Shown in pieces: positions 53,293-64,000 of a stretch of DNA of 64,000 bases. Numbering within the stretch: the stretch's first letter is position 1; each line of letters begins with the position of its first letter. The notes below the pieces were generated by a model that did not search any database, was not told where the DNA came from, and saw only the letters and a list, made by a program, of their open reading frames with translations. Source of the stretch: Utricularia gibba (lineage: Eukaryota; Plantae; Magnoliophyta); NCBI GenBank assembly GCA_002189035.1, contig NEEC01000015.1, forward strand, positions 1,178,001-1,242,000. Reading direction: 5' to 3'. The position numbers were made by a program, and so were the translations under genes.

Positions 53293-55997
53293 ATGGGCGT
53301 GGAGGTTTTAGAGGCAAAAGTGGCTGCTACTGAACCTGAAAAGGAAGCTGGGTTGTCACTGGATGATGGAGCAAACATAAAATTTGGCTCTCACAATGTC
53401 GATGAGAAGTTAAATGGTGACATAAATGGAGTACCTGAATCTAATCTCCAAAAAAATGCAGCCGATGAGTGGCCCCAACCGCAGCAGATTCACTCGTTTT
53501 TTATTGTTAAATGTCGTCCATTTGAGGATCAGAAGTTGAAGGACAAAATGGAGTTGGCTGAGAAAGAGCTACAGAAAAAGAAGCAGGCCCGATTGCAGAT
53601 TATTGAAAAAATAAAGTCCAAGAGGGTAAAATGTCTTGATTATTGCTATGCTCTTCCTTTTACGCTAGCACTCGTGTAATATTATCTTTGTTACGGCACA
53701 CTTGCTTACCAGTGATTATATCATATGTTACCTGCTTGACATAGTTGCATCTTCTGATTGCTTGTACTCATGCATGCGAAGCTGGAGATACATGTAAACG
53801 TTTTGTCCCTTGTTTTCACCAATAAGTTTTTCTTTTCCCTGTGGTACTGCTTATTTTCTTCCTACTAATTTTCTGTGGCATTTTCTTTCATTTTTTTTGT
53901 TTCAATTCAGTTTGTCTCAGACATTTAATCCCGTTCTATGTCAGATCAGGCCCTTTATTCTGTGTGTATTTGAATCATTGTTCTGTATGATGTTTACCTG
54001 ATTATCTAAAGAATGATGAGAAGGATGATAATGACTTATGAAAAATCACAGGCAGATCGAGTGCAGGTTATAACTGAAATAAGGAACTTGAGTGTTGAAA
54101 ACAAACAATATAGGACAATGATGGATGAAAAGAAAAAGGAAATGGAACCACTGCAGCAGGCTTTGGGCAAGCTGAGGGGAGCATCTGGTGCCAGGGATAA
54201 GGGTTCGAGTTTATGTTCCTCTGAGGAAGAACTCAACGACCTTGTGAGATCATTGTTTTAAAAGTTGTTTTATTCTATGTTTGCATCACTGCAGGATTTG
54301 TAACTAACTTCCTGGGACATTAAATTCTCCAGATCAGAAGTTACCAGCATCGAATTCAACATGAAAGTATTACACTCAATGAGGAGAAACAAATTTTGAG
54401 GGAGATTAGACAGCTTGAAGGGACTAGGGAAAGAGTTATTGCTAATGCTGCTGAGAGGGCGATGATTGAAGGTTCAATGGGTGAAAAAGGAGTACTCCAG
54501 GACCAAGTCAAAGTGAGTAGGCAGGCTGTGGTCCTTTGAATTTTTATGTTTTGTTGATACTTGCCGATGACAGCCTAATTTCAGTCGATAGGGGTTGATC
54601 TTGATGGAGTGCGAAAGGAAAAGCAGTTGATCAACGCCAAGCTCAAGCGCCATGATGAAGAAAAGCTTGCCATTGAAAAAGAGATCCTCACCTTAGAGGA
54701 TGAACTCTCGCAGTGACAGAGAGCAGGGACAATATTTTTGAAAAAATCAAGGAATTGAGGAAACAACGAGATGATGGGGTATGCTGTTTTCTATTCGATG
54801 TTTACCAACGTGGTGCGTTTTTTTTTCTGATTCAAGTGAACTGTGGTAATCTGATGACTTTGCCTTTCAATCCTTGCAGAATTCCCCATTCTACCAGAAT
54901 CGTGCACTTCTAACTAAGGCAAAATCTCTTGCCGCTGACAAAAATATTGATGCACTGATACAGCTGTGTAACGCAGAGGTTTGGTGGATGTTTTTTCTAA
55001 CATGATTATCAACGTCTGCAGTAAGTCGCAGCCTTCTAGAGACACTTTTTTTTTTCCTTGCAGGAAGAAAACTTCATGTTACTTTGGAATAGTCAAAAGT
55101 CATTCAGGGATGACTATGTACGCAGAATATTGCCTTCACTTGACATGAGGCAGTTTAGTGGAGATGGCCGTTTGAGGAACTCGGATGAGAAACCACTGTC
55201 CCAGGTGAAGACATCTCCACCTGAAACGGAGGTCCTCAAAGCAACTGCAAAGCAGATACAACATGACAGCGACGCTGTCGTGGTTGATCTGCCCAGTGAT
55301 AAAGCTTCAAAAACAAAGGACTCTAAACAGAAAGAAGGAAATAAAAAATTAGAGAAGACCAAGGAAAGAACTGATGTCCTGGAAGAAGAGGAAGAGTTTT
55401 TTATTGAAACATTGCCGAGAGACCCTCTTCCAAAGGTGGAGGTTGATCCAGTGAAGCTGAAAGAGCTGAAGAGGGAAGAAGAGATAGCTAAGCGCATCCA
55501 GGCTGAGGAGAGAAAGAAGAAGCTGGCAGAGAAAGCTGCTGCAAAAGCTACTATTAAGGCTCAGAAGGAAGCTGAAAAGAAGCTCAAGGAAATTACTATT
55601 CTTGACTCAACACCCTCGCTGCTACTCAACGCAAGCGCTTTAAAGTTAATTCATTGCTTTTCATATATTTCAGGAACGTGAGAAGAGAGCAAGGAAAAAG
55701 GCTGGGGCGTCGGCTGCTTCCCCTGATGATGCTGAGGAACCAACTGAAGCAGCTGTAGAGGATGCTGAACTGACGAAAAAGGAGGAAACACCACCTGAAA
55801 CTCCACTTCCACAGAAGAACAAGGAGAGCAAAGAAGCTCCCATCAGACGAAGAACAAGGGTGCCGAGAAGCAGAGTGGATTCTCTTCCAAAAGCGGTACT
55901 TAAACGCAAGAAATCTGTCAACTACTGGCTGTGGGCTGTTCCTGCTGGACTGGCCGTGGTCCTCCTCCTCACTCTGGGTTTCTTATACACCCGTTGA
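53293..55997 (+). CDS. PPI1: Proton pump-interactor 1-like (tail-anchored); apparent -1 frameshift near 54708
   Basis: IKFGSH, DEWPQPQQIHSF, EMEPLQQALGKLRG, IQHESITLNEEKQILREIRQLEG, RDDYVRRILPSLDMRQ, C-terminal NYWLWAVPAGLAVVLLL. Confidence 0.88.
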
Positions 55998-56281
55998 CTT
56001 CCTTAGGGTGCTTTGAGTTGAAAGAAAGAGACCGTACTTTTTCCGATGATTTTGAGACACTTGGGGTCTGTACGACATTTTGTTTTCTTGTACTTTCAAC
56101 TTACACTTCCATTTCCAAGGAGAGTGTTTACAAAGAAAAAATTGCAGAACAATGTTTTATCAACTGCTGCAGGTGTTTCAATATGGCGACTCATCTTCAT
56201 TGATAGATTACGATTCTTCTGTACAACTTAAAGGTGAACCAGGCTGCATCACACAAATCTACACACATGTATCATCCCTCC

Positions 56282-57146
56282 CTATGCTTCATCGCCATCA
56301 CTGGATGCAGGATGACTGTCAGCATGAAACTCTGAATCCACTCCATCTACTATGCGCACCCTGTTAAGAAGCATCGGCAGATGCAGCCACCGTAGAAGAG
56401 AAGAGCAATAATCGGTTTTCAATACCAGCAGGTAAAAGTAGGTTACCGTTCAAGGACATATTTTCCTTCTTTATACTTCTGGCTGACGTCGGTGGCGGCA
56501 AACTACAAAACACAGAAACATGATGAGGCTGAAATCCTCTTCAGGTGGAAGACATGAGATGGGTTATGGAGACGTACATATTTCCAGCCAACTATTTGCC
56601 CACAACGGCAACAGAAACAATCGGCAACTGTATGCATCCCAGACACCATCACCCTCTCCTCACGAGGCCCAAAATTGAGATTCACTCTGCAACACAATTA
56701 TATGCAACTAATTCAATCTCGGGAAAGAGATGAATCGACAAAATCGAGGATTGAGACAGAGGAAGTGATTCAAGGAGTATGCGTTTACGATCGACACAGA
56801 CCCAGAAGGAAAATAGAAACTTGGAAGATACTAACGCTTTATGAAACAGGTACGCCTTTCCCCTGCGGCTATGGAATTGCTGCCAATTTCAGCAAATAGT
56901 ACGTCAGAAGCAGCATAGTCAAAGGAAAACTATATAGAGAGGAAGCAACCCACAAGACTAAAATCGGAACCCAATATAAAAATGAAAGAATCAGCAAATC
57001 GATTGGAACGAAAAAGAATGTTCAATCGCAGTGGAGACGATCAATCGAACCCGAGAAACAATATCATCAGCAAGGGCTAAATGGGTTTTGCAGAATTTGC
57101 ACCGATAACTCTTTCCTTCGAGATCCACCACAAAAATTCTCCCCAT
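56282..57146 (-). CDS. Yippee-like zinc-binding protein, 5 exons
   Basis: [67 protein letters not shown]. Confidence 0.95.
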
Positions 57147-57374
57147 CTCATCTCAAGCTCGGAGAGACGAACATGCAGGCATCGACAACAACCCCTCAAC
57201 TGAAACGTGATTTCAGAGAACGAAAGCTTCAGGGGAAGGAATTGGGCTTAATAAATGGGCTGTCTGAAGCCCAAAAAACCTTTATTTTTGTATTGGAACT
57301 CAGCTTCCATCCCTTGCTCGCTTGTAGGTTTCATCGGAACGTAAAAACTGTTGGCATTTTGCGTGTGGAATCGC

Positions 57375-58822
57375 ATGCAGATGAAGTCCGGATTGCAGCT
57401 ACTCTTCTTGCAAATCCCCTGCTTACGCAGATTGCATTTCGGCACCCTGAGAACTCTTGGATCACCAGCTGTTGTTCAGACCTATCGGCAGGCTAGTTTT
57501 ACCAGTTTTCAAGAAAATGAGCCTGAGAATGTAGTTTTAAAGATCGATAATGTCTTGAGGAGCAATCCCAATTGCACCCTGGAGGATATCGAGAGCCGCC
57601 TCCGTGAATGCGATATCTTCTTAACAGATGATCTGATCCTGAATGTCCTTCAACGGCACCGTTCTGAGTGGAAACCCGCTTTCGCGTTCTTTACCTGGGT
57701 CTGTGGGAGGATGAACTCTACTGGATGCTGCCCTGGCGTATCCGCTTACAACGAAGTTTTGGATATTCTGGGGAGAATGAGGCGGTTTGTTGAGTTCCAC
57801 CAAATGCTCGACGAAATGCGAATGAGAGAAAATTTCGTAAATGAGCGTACTTATGCTATTGCGGTTGGCAGACTCGCCTCTTCTCACGAGGTTGATGGTG
57901 CGATTAAGTTTTTCGAAAGGATCGAAGACTTTGGGCTTGAGCGCAACTTGGCTGCGTTTCAAACGCTTCTATTATCATTGTGCAGGTATAAACATGTGGA
58001 AGAAGCTGAGTTACTGTTCAGGAATCGTAGACGTGAGTTTGGAGACGACATCAAATCCTGGAATATCATCCTGAATGGATGGTGTGTTCTGCGCAGTTTG
58101 CGTGATGCAAAGAGAGTTTGGAGAGATATTGTTCGATCACAGTGCCGCCCAGATGTGTTCACTTACGGAATTTTCATAAACTGCCTGTGCAAGTCAGGGA
58201 AGATCACTACAGCAATGACGTTGCTCAGGAAAATGTGGGACGACGGGCGCAGCTCCCCCGATTCAGCAATTTGCAATACGGTTATCAATGGTTTATGTTT
58301 CAAGAAGAGGATTCCTGAGGCTCTTCAGATATTCGATGAAATGAACGCCAGGGTTGCCCCCCTAATGCTGCTACATACAATTGCCTTATCAAGCACATGT
58401 GTAAGATTCAGAGGATGGAGAAAGTGGCTGAGCTGATCAAGGCAATGGAAGAAAAGGGTGGTGCTTGTTTGCCGAACGCTTTAACTTACAGTCATCTATT
58501 GCAGGTGGCTAAAACACCAGGGAAAGTTGAGGAGATTTTGGGGATGATGAAGAAGAGTGGATGTAGTCTTCAACTTGACTTGTACAACTTGTTATTGAGA
58601 TTGTTCATGGCGTGGGGAGATGAGGAGAGGGCGAAACAGATATGGGATGAAATGGGGAAGAGCGGCTATGGGCCGGATCAACGATCGTACACAATAATCA
58701 TTGATAGTTTGTGGAGTAAAGGAAAGGTGGACAAGGCGATGGAGTTTTATTCAGATATGTGCTTCAAGGGATTGACTCCAAAGCCCAAGACCAAGTTCTT
58801 AATCGAACAAGCGAATTCCTAG
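57375..58822 (+). CDS. P-class pentatricopeptide repeat protein (At3g15200-like), intronless; apparent -1 frameshift at about 58351
   Basis: Tandem PPR motifs (YNEVLDILGRMRRF, WNIILNGWC, CNTVINGLCFKKRIPEAL). The two overlapping ORFs join as RGCPPNAATYNCLIKHMCK if one G is added. First ATG is at 57375 (57351 is TTG). Confidence 0.9.
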
Positions 58823-59818
58823 AAACAACTTGCGAAGCATGAAACTTGGCCTTAAGAGATGACGTCCAAAGGAGTGGTTCCAGAGTCCAAGACCGAGTTT
58901 TCAATCTCAAAAAGGAATGGGAACCATGTCTGAAATGGGGAACTTAGACTCAAGATACAAAGGAATGGTTGCAGAGTTCAAGACCACGTTTTTAAACGAA
59001 CCATGCACATTGACTAAAATCAATGTCTGAAACGGGGCAAACCAGGAATGGTTCTAAGTTCATAATCAATCAAAGGAATGGTGGCTGGGAGCAACTGGGG
59101 AATAGGAAACTCGCCTCCAGAGGTGAGGAATTGTTCCAGAGCCCCTGAAGAGTTGCTGATGGAACAAGAAACGGCAAGAAGTAATTTTTGAAAGGTAAAC
59201 GCAGGTTAAGTGCTCAATTAATCTCAGCCAGAAGCATGATGATTGAACTTTAGCCAGTGATGTACTTGGATGCGCGCACACACACACGGGTGAAATACAC
59301 GATAGAAAGGGATAGAAAGTGATGGATGCTTTTCCTCTTGACGCAGGTATTCTGTTGTACCTCAACTCCGGCCGATCTGAGCAACCATGAGACCAAACGA
59401 ATTAAAACTCGCAGGCACGGTGTGTGGGGACCATTCCCTGTCCGGAAACAGTAAGGAAGCCTCCATGATCGGTACTTCTCTACAAAATTAATTTTTTTAT
59501 TCATATTCCCCTTCTTCAGAAAAGGCTACTCTCTATCCGGCAAGCCATGTGAACTACCCCACTCTTACAATATGATGTCGATTGAGACTGATATGCGTTC
59601 TTTTTTTTTCAAGTTGTTTGCGTACTCCCCCACTCTTCACTTATGTACCGAACGATTATTAACTGGAAAAAACACTGCAGGATTACAGATTTGTAGCAGG
59701 CTACACTTACACATTCAGGAAAACAACAAACGTCCAGAGAGGTAATTGATACTAATACTAATCATAATGCATCACCATTAAGTTTCCATAACGAGGAAGA
59801 TTTCTTGCATCAATATTT

Positions 59819-61062
59819 TCAGAATCCCCACATGCAGTCGAGCTCAGGCGCTCCCATCCTCAGACTCTCACACGGCATCCATTGGCTACCAGTGGCGTGT
59901 TCAGGAAACTGAGTCGCCGGAGACGCCGCCATCGACGAGATTACATTCTGCGGCAGCTTCAGATTATCCTGTAGAGATCTCAGGTACGGGAACGCCGGAG
60001 TAACACCAGCACCGACAGCGGAAGAGGAGGATAAAGGGTTAAGGAAGAGGGCCTGATGATTAGCTGCAGCAGGAGGGGGTGGCTGCAACGGAGGAAGCTC
60101 GAAGAGAGAGTAGTGGTTAAAAACGGGTGCTGCAGTGGAGAAACAGGGCACGTGCTCCTTCGAGTGTACATCAAAGGAGCAGCTCTCTCGGTCGTTTGAG
60201 GCCGTGGAAGGTTCCAGAAGCGCCGGCAGTGAAACGGAAGATGGAGAACCAACTTCCGGTATCACATCAACGTCGGTGGGTACCCTCTTCTTCCCACCAC
60301 CGCCGCCTCCGGCGACGGCGACTCCAGTTTTCTGAAACACACGGGAGATTACCCACTCCCCCTGAGCGATAAAGAAATCACATTTGAGGCACAGGTATCG
60401 GTGCAGCTAGCAAGCGTAATGATGATGTGAGATCACATCACCATATTGTAAAAAAGCTATGGAACCAAGATCCTGCTTTATCCTAATGGAGTTCTTTAAT
60501 TTTGGGGTTACCTTTGGATTTCCAGAAAGACAGTGATATGAAAGTTTGCCATCAAGACGATATTCGTGCATGACCCAATTGCTTTTCTCCCCTTTAGGCG
60601 CACGGCCTCTGTAAAAGACTAGGGTTTTCTTCATTCCGACAAGGGAGCAAGTTTTTGAGCTGTAAATTTCACGATCTTTCCCTGTAGCCTTCCAGTACCC
60701 AGCTTCCGTAGCTCGATTGGTTCTCAGGCCGGTTGGATATTTCCGATCCCGAAGACTGAAGAAGTACCATTCTTTCTCCCCCATCTTGGCTTTACCTGCA
60801 TACACGAAATTGTAAGAAAGACGCCATATTTTCAACTGGGTTTTGTTCAAGGTTGTATTTTGATGTTACCAGGAAGATGCCAGGGCTCGCACTTGTTGAG
60901 ATCAACTTCAGCGATAGCTCTACTGGTGAAACCGGAGTCAATCACTTTCTTCAGAAGATAGTAAGTGATGAGTTCTTCGTCTGTTGGGTGAAACCTGAAC
61001 CCTGGTGGCAAAGCTTCATACTTTTCGTAGCTGTGTTGCTGATGAAGAAGATGGTTGTCCAT
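59819..61062 (-). CDS. CUC2: CUC2/NAM-type NAC transcription factor, 3 exons
   Basis: [71 protein letters not shown] motif, terminal LDCMWGF. Confidence 0.92.
60136..60156 (-). promoter_or_regulatory. miR164 target site in the CUC2-like mRNA
   Basis: Plus strand TGGAGAAACAGGGCACGTGCT versus miR164 UGGAGAAGCAGGGCACGUGCA: 19/21 identical. Confidence 0.92.
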
Positions 61063-63230
61063 AGCAGCACAAGAAAGACAAGCTTTTGAAGAAACCCCAC
61101 CTCAGGAGAACATGCAGAAAACACGATGTCCGACGAAAATGGCCTATATATATACACATACACACCAGCATGGTGGTAGTAGTAGAGTGGGGTTCATTGG
61201 GATTCGATGAATCAAGAAATGGCAGGCAGGGGTTAATAGAGAGAGCAAGAAATCAATAATGCAATGCACTAAAAACAAAAAGGTAAAAATAAAAATAAAA
61301 AATGGGAACCGTAGTCTGCCGCAAGGCCTGCAAACTTGAGGCTCGACTTGCCATTTCCATATGCCTAGCTCTAGCTTATGGGGCCGTGCATTACATCACT
61401 TGAGCATGTTTTTTTACAAATGTAAATCAGTATGTTATATAAATGACAATCCTCTACTGTGGGGAAAGGAGTAGTAAGCGTGTGCGTGAGAAAGCGTGCA
61501 GGTATTCCTCTGTCAGTGAAAGAAAACGAAGGGGAAGAAGGAACAGATAGTTGTTTAGATGAGCTGTGGGAGGAGATAGAAAGGGAGACGCCATGGCTCG
61601 ATAAAAGCTGGTGCATATCTTGTCTGTCAGCACAGTACCCCATTAAAAATATTATTACTTTGGGCGTATAAAATGGTGTACTAATCGTGTGGATATGAAC
61701 CTGGGGTAAATCCATGTCGTCTTCTTATTTTCTCCCATACTTCCCTTTCACTTTCCCAGTCTCCCCCACGCCATCTTCCTCAGTAACCCTAAACCAGATC
61801 AATGTGCTTCAGCCCTTGTGGGCTAAGCATTTAATCAGTAAATGTGGATGTATGGGGGGTCGATTCTTGCACGAAAGCCAACAAGTTGAACTCCCGTACA
61901 AAGGAAGTGTCCATCAGCACTGACTTCAAACTCCTCATCCCATCAAAAATAAACAACAAAAATCTTCGAAACAGAGTGCCGTATGATGAGATTTGAGTGA
62001 TTTAGGAAAGAGCTTTCATCTCTTTTCATTTCGTATCAGTGAGGCGCAGCGCAGAGATAACAATACAGAGCAGAGAGAGCTGCAGTGAGACAGTGTGTGT
62101 GTATGTGTTCGATTCTATGCCATAGACGTAAAATAGGCGATCCCCCCCCACCCCCACTAGTTGTTGTGTTCAGTTGCAATGCTACGCCCATTACATTACA
62201 TATAAAAAAAAATAGCTGCACTGCAGCACTGCAACTGGGGTTGTTTAGCACTGCAATTTCTTGGCACCTCGAGCCCATAAAAATCCCCTCCCACAGCCAC
62301 CAAATTATTGGAATCGTGTTGCACCGGGCGGGGGCCCCCACCCATCTGAATCAGACGCGGCCACTGTGCCGGCCGGCTCCGCTTTCCTTCAATCCTCACC
62401 AGATCCATCCTTCGCCATTTAATGCTTCTGTTATCAAACTTCCCCCCGTCTCCCTTCTCTTTCTCGTTTCCTCGCAACCAACCTGCGCTTCGATTTGAGA
62501 GCTCATCACAAAAACTATTATTTACAAATCTCAACACCTAATGTGCTTCAAATTTTTGTGGGGTTTAAATTTTTTGCCACTACATTTTAAATGTGTTAGA
62601 AACTTATTCAACTTACGTATAAAAATTGTTCTTAGTGTGTGAGAAATTTGATCAACTTATATATAAAAATTTATTTTTAATGTGACAAAAAAAGGAAGAT
62701 TAACATTTTTATCAAAGATCCAATTTTTGTGTTAGTAAGAAACTCAGTATACCAATGATCATTACAAGAATGCATTTATTCATTTTCTTTCCTTTGGTTT
62801 TAAATACAATATGGTATATCAATAATTTTAAAATATTGTATATTTTGAGATCAATACTCATGTTTTAAGTTATTAAGAGCATTATACTTGTCAAGTTTTA
62901 CTTGTGACATCTAATATGATTTATCACTTGCATAAAATTGGATTATAAAGATATTGATTAATTTAGATCCAACTTTATTTCATTGCAGTATTGATTCATT
63001 AGAAATCCAAGATATTATTTGCAAAAAACTTATTGTTTCCAGGATTGCATCATATGGTATTAGAGTTTAGATACTACATGGTTATGTATCACCCCCATTC
63101 ATCACATCTCTAACCAATTGTTTGAAAAATCACAATTGAACTGTGTAATTCGTCTATCTAGATTTTGATTTGGTTCAAGAATTATTTGATAGTATCCATT
63201 GGGTTGCTAAACTTGGGTGAGGTTTGGAAT

Positions 63231-63566
63231 CATGGGAACTTTCTGGAATTATAATATTAATTGTGAATGATGACGTGGAAAAAGGTGGTGAAATGTATAA
63301 TCATTCCGTTAAGGACATGCTTTGGACCTTGTACGGTGATGGGGCATGCGCATATGGGGAATGATGATGGCATGGGGATGCCATGCCATAGCACTAGCAG
63401 GGCGAATGATATGATATGCCATGGTGTGGATGTATGCATGTGTTGCCATGAACTGATTGTCCCGGCATGCATGCATGCATCCTGTCAAATGCGTCATGGT
63501 TCCGTCCTCTCACATCAAATCGTTCCATCCCTCCATCGTCATCATCACCATCACCATCACATCATG
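63231..63566. promoter_or_regulatory. CATG/RY-motif cluster
   Basis: 13 CATG in 336 bp, including CATGCATGCATGCA at 63466-63479. Confidence 0.4.
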
Positions 63567-64000
63567 CTCATCTCCCTTTGTTTTTTTTTAATTTTAAATT
63601 TTCTCCTTTTAAGAAAACCTAAATGTAATTAAAATAAAAAATTAATATGAAATTAAATATTTCATTTTGCTTCAAATTCTAGAAATGCTGCTGTGTGACT
63701 GCTGTTAGAGATATTTGTAGATTGAGTTCAGTTAGATACCAGCAAGAACTACAATCAAACTTGATTACATATTCGATTAATTCATTCTTACCCAAATCGT
63801 CAATTTCAGTTTTTAATTGATTTTGTTCCGATTCTAAATAAAAATAATCGATTCGAATTCGAATCTAAATTAGAACCATTTATAATTAATTTTTATATCT
63901 TTTTATCCATATCAAAATCTTTCATTATTGGTTCCAGTTTATCGACTCTCAAACAGATTTCGTTCTAGTCGGTTTTCATTAATATCCGATTCATGAACAT

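Noticed and set aside
63360-63456. Possible C/D snoRNA (AATGATGA...CTGA)
   Set aside because: No proper terminal stem and no recognisable rRNA guide; the ATG/CATG richness explains the boxes.
63267-63632. His/Met/Cys-rich 121-aa ORF
   Set aside because: A by-product of CAT/ATG repeats, with no gene structure or family motifs.

Overview
Gene-dense plant nuclear DNA, eudicot-like. It holds about 23 spliced or single-exon protein genes in 64 kb, with mostly 60-100 nt introns and AT-rich spacers; this suggests a very compact genome, possibly Lentibulariaceae (a guess). Genes in order: ERGIC3, PMEI/invertase inhibitor, O-fucosyltransferase (GT106), group-E bZIP, small membrane protein, NPF5 transporter, patellin, UTP14, OCT transporter, GH1 beta-glucosidase, DUF538, small mitochondrial protein, Met-gamma-lyase-family protein, a receiver-only response-regulator-like gene, ALG13, RD26-like NAC, CBSX5, a Lys/Arg/Ser-rich nuclear protein, PPI1, yippee, PPR and CUC2/NAM with its miR164 site. 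Non-genic features include a hAT MITE with a perfect 8-bp TSD, a degenerate Tourist-like MITE, a 130-bp perfect tandem duplication and a rearranged plastid ycf2 insertion (NUPT). The most unusual items are (1) an Asp-less, receiver-only derivative of a type-B ARR, recognisable only after splicing, next to the ycf2 NUPT; (2) an NPF lacking the first Glu of the ExxER proton-coupling motif; (3) an H/ACA-like ncRNA candidate at about 45.2 kb; and (4) a CATG/RY cluster upstream of CUC2. Three conserved genes each have a single-base frameshift, probably assembly error. Orthologue names come from recalled sequences, not database searches. No CRISPR, rRNA or tRNA was seen.
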